From IMG/VR virus record IMGVR_UViG_2671180283_000029, positions 1 through 23,822 of that record: a stretch of 23,822 nt of DNA. One strand, written 5' to 3'. This DNA is from a virus. Taxonomy: Duplodnaviria > Heunggongvirae > Uroviricota > Caudoviricetes. The notes beneath the pieces are model-generated. The model was not told where the DNA came from. It did not search any database and was given only the letters and a program-made list of their open reading frames with translations. Positions 15,445 to 23,659 of the stretch are shown piece after piece. The translations under genes were made by a program, and so were the position numbers. Numbering within the stretch: position 1 is the stretch's first letter; each line of letters opens with the position of its first letter.

Positions 15445-16148
15445 ACACCGCAATTTTTAACGGCAAAGCATCCATGACCAGCGTTGAGATCGCAGAGCTG
15501 GTGGGAAGCCGACCAGATAGTGTTAAGAGAACTATTGAAACACTGGCTAAAAAGGGAATCATCCAATTTCCACAGACTGTGGAAATTGAGAATAAACAAT
15601 CACTTGGGCCTCGCCGATTTTCTAGCGCGTATGTATTCGAAGGTGAACGAGGTAAGCGCGACAGCATCATTGTCGTCGCACAGCTCTGTCCTGAATTCAC
15701 TGCTCGCCTGGTAGATCGCTGGCGCGAACTGGAAGAACAGATCCGTAAGCCAATGAGCGAAATCGAAATGGTTGCCGCGATGGCTCTTGAAGCAGTTCGT
15801 CAGCAGAAACGGATCACTCAGGTGGAAGAAAAAGTCAGCCACGTTGCTGAAACAGTCGAGCAAATTAAAAAGGGCACTATTCGTGAGGGCTATGCCGGAT
15901 ATCGCCAACTGAAAGCAAAAACCGGTTTGTCAGATGATAAATGCCGCAATCTGGTGAACGCCTATCAGATTCCTACAGACACCCATGAGTTCATGACGCC
16001 GGACGGATTGTTGTCACGTCGCGCAATTGTTGCTGTGGAACCGTTTATGGCTGCTTTTTATCGGGTTATGGAGGAAGCAGAACCGCGAGGGACTCGCTGG
16101 TATCACCCGAAAATGGGGTTATTTCAGGTTATTGGTTGGCAGCGGTGA
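15441..16148 (+). CDS. Rha-family phage regulatory protein (235 aa), in the cII map position
   Basis: N-terminal SVEIAELVGSRPDSVKRTIETL and later YVFEGERGKRDSIIVVAQLCPEFTARLVDRWRELE fit the pattern I recall for the Phage_pRha domain; translationally coupled to cro. Confidence 0.5.
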   Translation: MNTAIFNGKASMTSVEIAELVGSRPDSVKRTIETLAKKGIIQFPQTVEIENKQSLGPRRFSSAYVFEGERGKRDSIIVVAQLCPEFTARLVDRWRELEEQIRKPMSEIEMVAAMALEAVRQQKRITQVEEKVSHVAETVEQIKKGTIREGYAGYRQLKAKTGLSDDKCRNLVNAYQIPTDTHEFMTPDGLLSRRAIVAVEPFMAAFYRVMEEAEPRGTRWYHPKMGLFQVIGWQR

Positions 16149-16256
16149 AAAAAAGCCGGGAGTAACCCGGCTCACTCAACATCAATAACGGGGAGCTGTT
16201 TCGCATAAAACGGCTCCGAAACATCCAAGAACAGTTCTAAAGATATCAGCAGCTAT

Positions 16257-16919
16257 ATGATCATTTCAAGACCAAATATTGATTCTGCAATTTCGGGACG
16301 TTACACTGTCTCCGCACCTTATAAAGCGGGTGCCGGGGGTCGCAGCCCGGAATTGTCAACGGCGATATATGACGCGCCAGCGTCTTTTTTATCGTCCGCG
16401 CTCACGCACGCCAGAATTATGGTGGGCTGGGCAGGGGAGCCGAAAGGCTCGCCGGTCTCCGTTGACGCCGGTACTGCGAACCCTGTTCAGTCTGCCACCA
16501 GTGAGTTTCGCAGCTCCGGTGGTGGAAGTTTTCCACAGTCAACGGAGGCTGCCATCATGGCTACTGTCCCAACTTCCCCATACCTGAAAATTGAAGTTGT
16601 CAACGGCAAGGCCGTTATTTTCTCCCTGCATGTTGCCTGCCACTTTAAGCGAATGCACCAGAACATCGTTGACAAAATCGAGTATCTGAACTGCTCACGC
16701 GAGTTTTTTACCCGCAATTTCATACCGGGTACTTATCACATCTACGGTGACTCCCTGCGTGGTTATTACATCACCCTTGATGGTCTGATGATGCTTCAGC
16801 TTGGGTTAAGTCTGCGCACAATGCGGTACTACGAGAGCTGTATTGAAGCATTCCATGAGGCTGAAACCGTCCAGGGTCACTCCGCGTTCCGTCGTAATCA
16901 ACGGGAGGTGCACCTATGA
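16257..16919 (+). CDS. Rha-domain protein with Gly/Ala/Pro/Ser-rich N-terminal extension, paralog 1 (220 aa)
   Basis: Segment KIEVVNGKAVIFSLHVACHFKRMHQNIVDKIE ... YYITLDGLMMLQLGLSLRTMRYYESCIEAFHEAE matches the Rha-domain pattern; ~90-aa low-complexity N-terminus; no SD before the 16257 ATG, so the start is uncertain. Confidence 0.55.
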   Translation: MIISRPNIDSAISGRYTVSAPYKAGAGGRSPELSTAIYDAPASFLSSALTHARIMVGWAGEPKGSPVSVDAGTANPVQSATSEFRSSGGGSFPQSTEAAIMATVPTSPYLKIEVVNGKAVIFSLHVACHFKRMHQNIVDKIEYLNCSREFFTRNFIPGTYHIYGDSLRGYYITLDGLMMLQLGLSLRTMRYYESCIEAFHEAETVQGHSAFRRNQREVHL

Positions 16920-17590
16920 TCCGCCACCAGCTTATTGATTCTGCAATTTCGGGACGGTACACTGTCCAAGCACCTTATAAAGCGGGTGCCGGGATTGGCG
17001 TCCTGGAAATGTTATCGGCGATATATGACGCGCCAGCGTCTTTTTTATCGTCTGCGTCTGCGCACACCCAAATTATGGTGGGCTGGACGGGGGCACCGAA
17101 AGGTGCGCCGGTTTCCGATAACGCCGGTTACGCCAACCCCGTTCAGTTCACCACCAGCGAAATTGGCGTTTCCGGTGGTGAAGGTAATTCACTGTTATCG
17201 GAGGCTGCCATCATGGCTACAGTCCCAACTTCCCCATACCTCAAAATCGAAGTCGTCAACGGCAAGGCCGTTATTTTCTCTTTGCATGTTGCCTGTCATT
17301 TCAAGCGCATGCACCAGAACATCGTCGACAAAATCGAGTATCTGAACTGCTCGCGTGAATTCTTCTCCCGTAATTTCATTCCGGGTACTTACCACGTGTA
17401 TGGCGATTCCTTGCGTGGTTATTACATCACTCTTGATGGCCTGATGATGCTTCAGCTTGGGTTAAGTCTGCGCACAATGCGGTACTACGAGAGCTGCATT
17501 GAGGCATTCCATGAAGCTGAAACCAGCCTGAATCATACAGCTTTCCGCTGTAATCAATGGGAGGTGCGCCCATGATTCGCCGCCTCGTTA
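16277..17590. repeat. tandem direct duplication (~660 bp x 2) spanning the two Rha-like paralogs
   Basis: Copy 1 (from ~16277) and copy 2 (from ~16933) align colinearly with high identity, including the downstream SD-ATGA junction (GGGAGGTGCACCTATGA vs GGGAGGTGCGCCCATGA). Confidence 0.8.
16916..17575 (+). CDS. Rha-domain protein with low-complexity N-terminal extension, paralog 2 (219 aa)
   Basis: Same architecture as paralog 1; GGGAGG SD; ATGA overlap with paralog 1. Confidence 0.55.
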   Translation: MIRHQLIDSAISGRYTVQAPYKAGAGIGVLEMLSAIYDAPASFLSSASAHTQIMVGWTGAPKGAPVSDNAGYANPVQFTTSEIGVSGGEGNSLLSEAAIMATVPTSPYLKIEVVNGKAVIFSLHVACHFKRMHQNIVDKIEYLNCSREFFSRNFIPGTYHVYGDSLRGYYITLDGLMMLQLGLSLRTMRYYESCIEAFHEAETSLNHTAFRCNQWEVRP

Positions 17591-17805
17591 ATTCTCTGTA
17601 TCACCGATACAACCGTTGCCCCCGTGTGGGGCAGTGGTTCGCCACCAGCGACGGTCGCGTTCTGCGGGTTTGCCTGGTCAGCACCGAAAGCCAGAAAGTT
17701 GTGTGTGAATTACTGGGGCGTAACTACACCATCAGTTACCCACTAGTGGCGTTTCAGTCCGGAAAAATGTTTAAACGCCTGGGAGGTGGCTATGCGTCCG
17801 TCTGA
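17572..17805 (+). CDS. hypothetical small protein (77 aa)
   Basis: ATG at 17572 with GGGAGG SD, overlapping the stop of Rha paralog 2; the track's longer version starts at 17557. Confidence 0.4.
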   Translation: MIRRLVNSLYHRYNRCPRVGQWFATSDGRVLRVCLVSTESQKVVCELLGRNYTISYPLVAFQSGKMFKRLGGGYASV

Positions 17806-18700
17806 TCTTCTGCTCGATTTTGGGCATCCGGTTGCTTATTACCCTGGGCTCGTTAAATACATGGGAAGTCCGCACGCTGTTATTTTCTTTGGTCAGATTT
17901 TTTACTGGCAGGATAAAGCACATGCAGCGGAAGGCGTACATAAAACGCGTGAAGAGATACAACACGAAACCGGACTTACATTTGAACAACAGGCTGTAGC
18001 GCGTAAGCATCTTGTGTCCAGAGGCATTTTGGTTGAAACCAACAAGCGTCTTGAGCACAAAATGTTCTACCGTATAGATTGTGAGCGCCTTAATGAAATT
18101 ATCAATGAAAACAATCAGTTTTCCCGAAATGGGGAAACCCGTTTTCGGGAAACTGTAAAACCCAATTTCGCGGAGGAGGGAAAGCCTTCACCGCGGACAC
18201 GGGAAACCCCTCGCCGCGGTGAAGGGAAAACCAATTTCGATCTTACAGAGATTACAACAGAGATTACTTCAGAGAGTACTACAGAGAGTAAAAACACTAT
18301 TGGCGCATCCGCTGACGCGTCTGCACCAGCGCGTTCTGCCCGACAGGAATATTCACCGGAATTTGAACAGGCATGGCAGGAATATCCCAAACGTGCTGGT
18401 GGCAATTCCAAGTCAGCAGCCTTCAAAGCCTGGAAAGCACGTATCAGGGAGGGAATAAAACCGGAGAACATGCTTGATGGCGTGAAGCGGTATGCCGCCT
18501 GGGTACGTGCTACAGGAAATACCGGCACACAGTTCGTGAAGCAGGCTGCGACGTTCTTTGGACCCGATCGTCACTTCGAAGATTACTGGCAACAGCCAGC
18601 CGCTCACGGAGGTGGGCGACAGCGACAGGTCGATGTCCTGGCTGGCCTGGGAGCCATGTCTGACAAATTCGGTAAATCCAGTAACAAATTGACATTCTGA
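17786..18700 (+). CDS. phage replication initiator (O-like), 304 aa, with internal origin-like repeats
   Basis: GGAGGTGG SD; lies immediately upstream of the DnaC-like and DnaB-like genes; central region is encoded by direct repeats and iterons as in lambda O. Confidence 0.6.
   Translation: MAMRPSDLLLDFGHPVAYYPGLVKYMGSPHAVIFFGQIFYWQDKAHAAEGVHKTREEIQHETGLTFEQQAVARKHLVSRGILVETNKRLEHKMFYRIDCERLNEIINENNQFSRNGETRFRETVKPNFAEEGKPSPRTRETPRRGEGKTNFDLTEITTEITSESTTESKNTIGASADASAPARSARQEYSPEFEQAWQEYPKRAGGNSKSAAFKAWKARIREGIKPENMLDGVKRYAAWVRATGNTGTQFVKQAATFFGPDRHFEDYWQQPAAHGGGRQRQVDVLAGLGAMSDKFGKSSNKLTF
18132..18290. repeat. putative origin of replication: direct repeats and four ~11-bp iterons inside the initiator gene
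   Basis: GGGAAACCC at 18132 and 18201; AAAACC(C)AATTTCG at 18157 and 18227; inverted repeat CTTCACCGCGG/CCGCGGTGAAG at 18187-18225; four tandem iterons (ACAGAGATTAC, AACAGAGATTAC, TTCAGAGAGTAC, TACAGAGAGTA) at 18245-18290. Confidence 0.5.
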
Positions 18701-18710
18701 GGTGACAGCG

Positions 18711-19610
18711 ATGATGACGATTGACCAACGTGAGAAACAAACAAGACTACAGGCGCGAATGGATGAGTTACGGGCAGAAATGGATGAGTTACGGGCAGAG
18801 ATTGCATTTGCTCAGAAGGGCGAAAAGCCATGGCCTTATCGTTCCTGCCTGATGCGTGAAGGTCGCGGATATTGCGAAAAACACGGTAAATATCGTACGC
18901 ATATACTGGTGTGGATCGATCGTAATGGCGAGGACAGAGAAAAAATTTCATGCTGCCCTGACTGCTTGATCGCTGAGGCCAGTGATTTGACCATGGAACT
19001 GTCGTCCCTCAAGGCGGAAGAACTGACTGATAACGCCGGAATTGCTCTGCGTTTTCGGGACTGCGAGTTTGATAATTATCTGGAGGTTAATCCTGACGCA
19101 GCCAGAAATCTTGCGGCCTGTCGCCGCTATGCGGAGAACTGGCCAGATATGCTGGAGAACGGTACCAGTCTTGTTATGACCGGCAGTTGCGGTACCGGGA
19201 AAAATCATCTGGCGGTATCAATGGCAAAACACATCATCCGTAACTATCTGGCCAGTGTGGAGATCACCGACGTGATGCGCCTTACCCGGGCTGTGAAAAA
19301 CTGCTGGCGGAATGACAGTGAAAAAACAGCGGATGACGTCATTGAGCATTATGCGTCACTGGATTTGCTGATTGTCGACGAAGTCGGCGTTCAGTTTGGC
19401 AGTGCGGCTGAAATGGCCATTTTGCAGGAAATTATCAATGCCCGGTATGAGGGTATTTTGCCAACTATCCTGATCAGCAACCTTTCACCGGAAGAATTGT
19501 GGGCGTTCATCAGTCCCCGGATTGCCGACAGGATCACCGATGGCGGGCGCAACTGGTTGTCGTTTAACTGGCCCAGCTACCGTTCTCGTATCGGAGGTGT
19601 TGCCGCATGA
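18711..19610 (+). CDS. DnaC-like helicase loader (IstB-type AAA+ ATPase)
   Basis: Walker A GSCGTGKNHLAVSMA, Walker B-like LLIVDEVG; N-terminal Cys4 cluster (CEKHGK...CCPDC); ATG at 18711 with GAGGTG SD (track start at 18702 is GTG). Confidence 0.85.
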   Translation: MMTIDQREKQTRLQARMDELRAEMDELRAEIAFAQKGEKPWPYRSCLMREGRGYCEKHGKYRTHILVWIDRNGEDREKISCCPDCLIAEASDLTMELSSLKAEELTDNAGIALRFRDCEFDNYLEVNPDAARNLAACRRYAENWPDMLENGTSLVMTGSCGTGKNHLAVSMAKHIIRNYLASVEITDVMRLTRAVKNCWRNDSEKTADDVIEHYASLDLLIVDEVGVQFGSAAEMAILQEIINARYEGILPTILISNLSPEELWAFISPRIADRITDGGRNWLSFNWPSYRSRIGGVAA

Positions 19611-21007
19611 CCAGCCAGAACACCCCGGCATGGCGTAACGATGACCTGGAAGGCGCTGTCATCGGTGCGTTTTTTCTGCGTGGGGCCGATCCGGAAGTGA
19701 TGGATATTCTGGCCACACTTCCGGCGGATGTATTTTTTGTGCGTCAGTACCGGGATATTTACGCGGGGATTTGCAGACAGGCTCGCATATCCGGCGTCAT
19801 TGACCCCGTACTGCTGTGCAATGAGATGCCGGAACTTGCCCCGGTGATTACCGACACCGGACGCAAAACCTGGGTGAAGTCTTCACTGGAGCACTATGTC
19901 GCAGCGTTGCGGCGCAATGCCGCACTGCGCGATGCAGAAAAAACACTGACTGAAGCATTACAGAATTTACGTGATGCGTATACCTGTGAAGCAGCCGAGG
20001 ATGCCCTGAAGGATGCGCAGAACATGATGGCCTCACTGTCGACCGGAAAGGGCGTCATTCAGCCGGTTCACATTGATGATGTCCTTCCGGAAGTGGTCGA
20101 CCGTGTTGAATGCCGCAATCAGGGACTGGAGAAATCCAGGGCGCTGATGACCGGTATTGATGAACTGGACGCAAAAACGGGCGGTATGGAGCCCGGAGAC
20201 CTGGTATTCATTGCCGCCCGTCCTTCGATGGGGAAAACCGAACTTGCGCTGGACATCATCGACAAGGTGACTGAGCAGGGGCATGGCGTGCTTCTGTTCA
20301 CCATGGAGATGGCGAACATCCAGATTGGTGAACGTATGGTGTCTGCTGCCGGTGGAATGCCGGTATCCCGTCTTAAGTCTGTTGCCCGTTTTGAAGATGA
20401 AGACTGGGCGCGTTTCTCGCAGGGCGTGGGACGAATGACGGGGCGTAATATCTGGATGGTGGACCAGGCAAACCTGACCATTGATGAGATATGTGCAACC
20501 ACGAAGCACCACCGGATGAAACACCCGGAAACGGCGCTGGTGGTGGTCGATTACCTCGGCCTGATTAAAACCCGCAGCACGGGGCGTCACGACCTTGCGG
20601 TGGGGGAAATCTCAAAGGGACTAAAAAGCCTGGCAAAATCCGGCGGTTTTCCGCTGATTGCTCTGAGCCAGCTCTCCCGCGGTGTGGAATCCAGACCCAA
20701 TAAACGCCCCATGAACTCGGACCTGAAAAACTCAGGGGAAATAGAGGCGGATGCAGACATCATTCTGATGCTTTACAGGGATGAGGTGTACAACCCGGAG
20801 ACACAGGCGAGAGGCATAGCAGAAATCAACATCACGAAACAGCGTAATGGTACGCTGGGTACCATTTACCGGCGTTTTCATAACGGGCATTTTCTGCCTG
20901 TGGACCAGGAGAGTGCCCGGGTTCTTTCCACTCCCATGACGCCGGGCAATCCGCGCAGATACAGCAATAACCGCATGTCGGGTAGTAAAACGGAGCGTTT
21001 ATTTTGA
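19607..21007 (+). CDS. DnaB-family replicative DNA helicase (466 aa)
   Basis: Walker A ARPSMGKTELALD, Walker B-like VVVDYLGL, and RecA-like C-terminal pattern (ALSQLSRGVESR) in DnaB order; coupled to the upstream loader gene. Confidence 0.9.
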   Translation: MTSQNTPAWRNDDLEGAVIGAFFLRGADPEVMDILATLPADVFFVRQYRDIYAGICRQARISGVIDPVLLCNEMPELAPVITDTGRKTWVKSSLEHYVAALRRNAALRDAEKTLTEALQNLRDAYTCEAAEDALKDAQNMMASLSTGKGVIQPVHIDDVLPEVVDRVECRNQGLEKSRALMTGIDELDAKTGGMEPGDLVFIAARPSMGKTELALDIIDKVTEQGHGVLLFTMEMANIQIGERMVSAAGGMPVSRLKSVARFEDEDWARFSQGVGRMTGRNIWMVDQANLTIDEICATTKHHRMKHPETALVVVDYLGLIKTRSTGRHDLAVGEISKGLKSLAKSGGFPLIALSQLSRGVESRPNKRPMNSDLKNSGEIEADADIILMLYRDEVYNPETQARGIAEINITKQRNGTLGTIYRRFHNGHFLPVDQESARVLSTPMTPGNPRRYSNNRMSGSKTERLF

Positions 21008-21261
21008 ACAACAGAACAACCACTGTTTCACCGGAACAACTTCGTCGGCAGGCGCAGGAGATGCTTCGTTGTGCTGAACAGATGGAAAAAACGAGCGTGA
21101 AAAAAGATACGCTCCGCAAGCAGCTTACTCCGGCGCTTCGTGATCTGCTGCAGGCAAAACACCGCACACAAAAGGCGGTGGATGAGCTGGTGGATTGCGT
21201 GGCGGAACTGGAAGGACAGGTAAGCCAGTTTGAAATACTGGTGAAGGAGTTTACTGCGTGA
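21004..21261 (+). CDS. hypothetical coiled-coil protein (85 aa)
   Basis: TTG start overlapping the helicase TGA; an alternative ATG lies at 21061; start uncertain. Confidence 0.3.
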   Translation: MNNRTTTVSPEQLRRQAQEMLRCAEQMEKTSVKKDTLRKQLTPALRDLLQAKHRTQKAVDELVDCVAELEGQVSQFEILVKEFTA

Positions 21262-21306
21262 TGGCTGAATTTTTTCTTCTGCGTTCATGCAATACCGTTC
21301 GCTGAG

Positions 21307-22302
21307 GTGACCGTGAGAGCACTACTGACCCCTGAAATTGCCCCGCGTATGGGGATCGTATTGTTCAGGCCCGGTTCAGAGCTGATGCCCCTGTTTATGC
21401 AGGGGCGTGTCCTGCTGGAGCCTGAGCCGGAACGTTATTCATCTTTTGCCAGTGGTGCCGTTCCGGCGGCATCACAACCGCTGGCGGATGATCCTGCCGT
21501 TCGGGCCGTGTTCCGCAATGAGGCAGTGATCCGTCGTGCTGGTGGCGTGGAATGTCTTGAAAGCTGGTTACTTCGTGAAAAGGGCTGTCAGTGGCCTCAT
21601 TCCGACTGGCACAGCGAGAACATGACCACAATGCGACACGCTCCGGGCGCAATCCGTCTGTGCTGGCACTGCGATAACCAGCTGCGCGATCAGTTCACGG
21701 AACGGCTGGAATCAATGGCAACGGATAACTGTGCCCGCTGGGTGTTGTCTGTTGTGCGTCGGGATCTCGGTTTTGATGACAGTCACGTTGTGACAATGCC
21801 GGAACTGTGCTGGTGGCTGGTTCGTAATGATCTGGCGGATGCCTTACCGGAAAGTGCAGCCCGTAAGGCACTGAGATTACCGAAGCCTGTTGTGCCGTCT
21901 GTCACCCGGGAGAGTGACCTTGTGCCTTCGGTTCCGGCCACCAGCATCATCCAGAATAAAGCGAAAAAGGTGCTGGCGCTGAAAGTGGATCCGGAGTCGC
22001 CGGAGTCTTTTATGTTACGCCCAAAACGTCGCCGCTGGGTTAACGAAAAGTACACGCGCTGGGTTAAGACGCAGCCGTGTGCATGTTGTGGAAAGCCTGC
22101 TGATGATCCCCACCACCTGATAGGCCACGGTCAGGGGGGAATGGGTACAAAAGCGCATGACCTCTTCGTGCTGCCTTTGTGCAGAAAGCATCACGACGAG
22201 CTGCATGCGGATACCGTGGCATTTGAAGAGAAGTATGGCTCCCAGCTGGAGCTGATATTTCGTTTTATCGATCGTGCGCTGGCAATAGGCGTGCTGGCCT
22301 GA
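21307..22302 (+). CDS. DUF968-like protein with C-terminal HNH-like Cys/His motif (331 aa)
   Basis: C-terminal CACCGKPADDPHHLIGHGQGGMGTKAHDLFVLPLCRKHHDELH resembles an HNH/zinc-binding motif; GTG start with weak SD, so the true start may be internal. Confidence 0.5.
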   Translation: MTVRALLTPEIAPRMGIVLFRPGSELMPLFMQGRVLLEPEPERYSSFASGAVPAASQPLADDPAVRAVFRNEAVIRRAGGVECLESWLLREKGCQWPHSDWHSENMTTMRHAPGAIRLCWHCDNQLRDQFTERLESMATDNCARWVLSVVRRDLGFDDSHVVTMPELCWWLVRNDLADALPESAARKALRLPKPVVPSVTRESDLVPSVPATSIIQNKAKKVLALKVDPESPESFMLRPKRRRWVNEKYTRWVKTQPCACCGKPADDPHHLIGHGQGGMGTKAHDLFVLPLCRKHHDELHADTVAFEEKYGSQLELIFRFIDRALAIGVLA

Positions 22303-22319
22303 TTTTGTGGAGAAAGTTG

Positions 22320-22691
22320 ATGCGTGATATTCAAATGGTTCTTGAACGTTGGGGGGCATGGGTGGCAAATAATCACGAGGATGTGGAATGGTCATCTGTT
22401 GCTGCAGGTTTTAAGGGATTAATTCCTTCGAAAGTAAAATCCCGCCCGCAATGTAGCGATGACGATGGCCTGATCATTAGCTCTGCGATGACAGTTCTTA
22501 AGAAAAAGGAACCGTATCAATACGAATTACTGGAAATGTATTATGTGTATGGGGTTACATTACGGGTGTTGGGGGTAAAACTGGGGATATCACTTAATCA
22601 GGTTGTTATCAGACTGCAGAAAGCTGAAGGGTTTATTGACGGTTGTCTGGCAATGTTGGGGGTATCTTTAGAAATTGATTGTTACATATAG
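22320..22691 (+). CDS. late-gene antiterminator Q-like protein
   Basis: N-terminus MRDIQMVLERWGAW matches my recollection of Q proteins of lambdoid/Stx-type phages; ATG at 22320 with GGAGA SD; position after the replication/nin region. Confidence 0.6.
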   Translation: MRDIQMVLERWGAWVANNHEDVEWSSVAAGFKGLIPSKVKSRPQCSDDDGLIISSAMTVLKKKEPYQYELLEMYYVYGVTLRVLGVKLGISLNQVVIRLQKAEGFIDGCLAMLGVSLEIDCYI

Positions 22692-22766
22692 TAATAAATT
22701 CAATCAAAGTAAATAATCATATTTTATTATAACCTCCTGATGATACCTGTTCATTGGGAGATTATT

Positions 22767-23384
22767 ATGGATAAAAATGTAGAGCATGTATTAGTTGATG
22801 CAATTGAAAATAAGCAATCTTTAACAGTCGTTTACTTAGGAGGGAGCCAGCCCGGAACATTAAGGAATATTTCTCCGATTAGTATAAATGGGGATAAATT
22901 GCGGGCAAGATGCCATAGTTCTGGAGCAGTAAAGGTTTTCAATCTTGGGAAAATACAGTTACCCAGTGACTCCTGCGCGGTATCTATGCACTATGGAGAT
23001 TTAGAAGTTAAAGCTTATGAGACGATGCAGAGCGTAAATGACAACTTTCATGCCCTTTATCCTGAAGGACGATGGGGTGTTGATTTTAATGAGCATCGCT
23101 TTGCTTTATTTGATTTTTTTAAAAACGGGAAACAAAAAAAAACGGCATTTATGGCAATTGAGTTCAGGGAAAGAGATGAAGAGAAAATAATAACAGGTGT
23201 AACAATTGATATTGGTATATCTGGAACAGTGATTTCTGAGAAGTCCCGAATCCCAAAAAGACGACCATGGGTAGTGGTTGGTCCCGAACACGGAGAATAC
23301 AGTACTTATTCAACTTTGGACAAGGCTGCTACAGCGTTTTTTGAGAGGCTTTCGTTGATAGCATCCGGCCTGGAAGATAATTGA
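22767..23384 (+). CDS. hypothetical protein (205 aa), AT-rich moron downstream of Q
   Basis: ATG at 22767 with GGGAG SD (track start at 22740 lacks one); visibly lower GC than the flanking Q and replication genes; AT-rich upstream region 22692-22766; no recognisable motif. Confidence 0.55.
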   Translation: MDKNVEHVLVDAIENKQSLTVVYLGGSQPGTLRNISPISINGDKLRARCHSSGAVKVFNLGKIQLPSDSCAVSMHYGDLEVKAYETMQSVNDNFHALYPEGRWGVDFNEHRFALFDFFKNGKQKKTAFMAIEFRERDEEKIITGVTIDIGISGTVISEKSRIPKRRPWVVVGPEHGEYSTYSTLDKAATAFFERLSLIASGLEDN

Positions 23385-23514
23385 TTTTATGTTTGGTATT
23401 CAGAGTTCGCCGTGCTTAAGAAAGTCAAGATTCTAAAAATACTGAATGAGCTACTTGTGTTATAACAAAAATGCTATTAGTGTGTTAAGAGTGGTTACTT
23501 CGCCACACAACTTA

Positions 23515-23540
23515 AACCCGCCACTGAGCGGGTTTTTTGT
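23515..23540 (+). terminator. intrinsic (rho-independent) terminator, possibly tR'-like
   Basis: AACCCGC-CACTGA-GCGGGTT stem-loop followed by a T-run. Confidence 0.6.
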
Positions 23541-23659
23541 ACCTGTAAACTTGGTGCAGTACAGTAAACACGCTGGTGGTCGTGAATACTGACTTTTTAT
23601 CTTGCTGGCTTTTTAGACAAGAGTTATTGGTATGTCATGTTAACCAGAAGGGAAAAAGA

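Noticed and set aside
16279-17395. Alternate-frame ORFs within the Rha paralogs (16279-16587, 16487-16723 minus, 16935-17345, 17195-17395 minus)
   Set aside because: They repeat in both duplicated units only because the DNA is duplicated; the Rha-domain frame carries the recognisable motif.
18245-18290. Possible CRISPR array from the short tandem repeats
   Set aside because: Repeats are only ~11 bp, contiguous with no spacers, and lie within a coding sequence; they fit replication-origin iterons, not CRISPR.
19848-20590. Minus-strand ORFs (19848-20036, 20033-20590, 20119-20502) opposite the DnaB-like helicase
   Set aside because: Antisense or alternate-frame shadows of a strongly supported helicase gene; Arg/His-rich composition.
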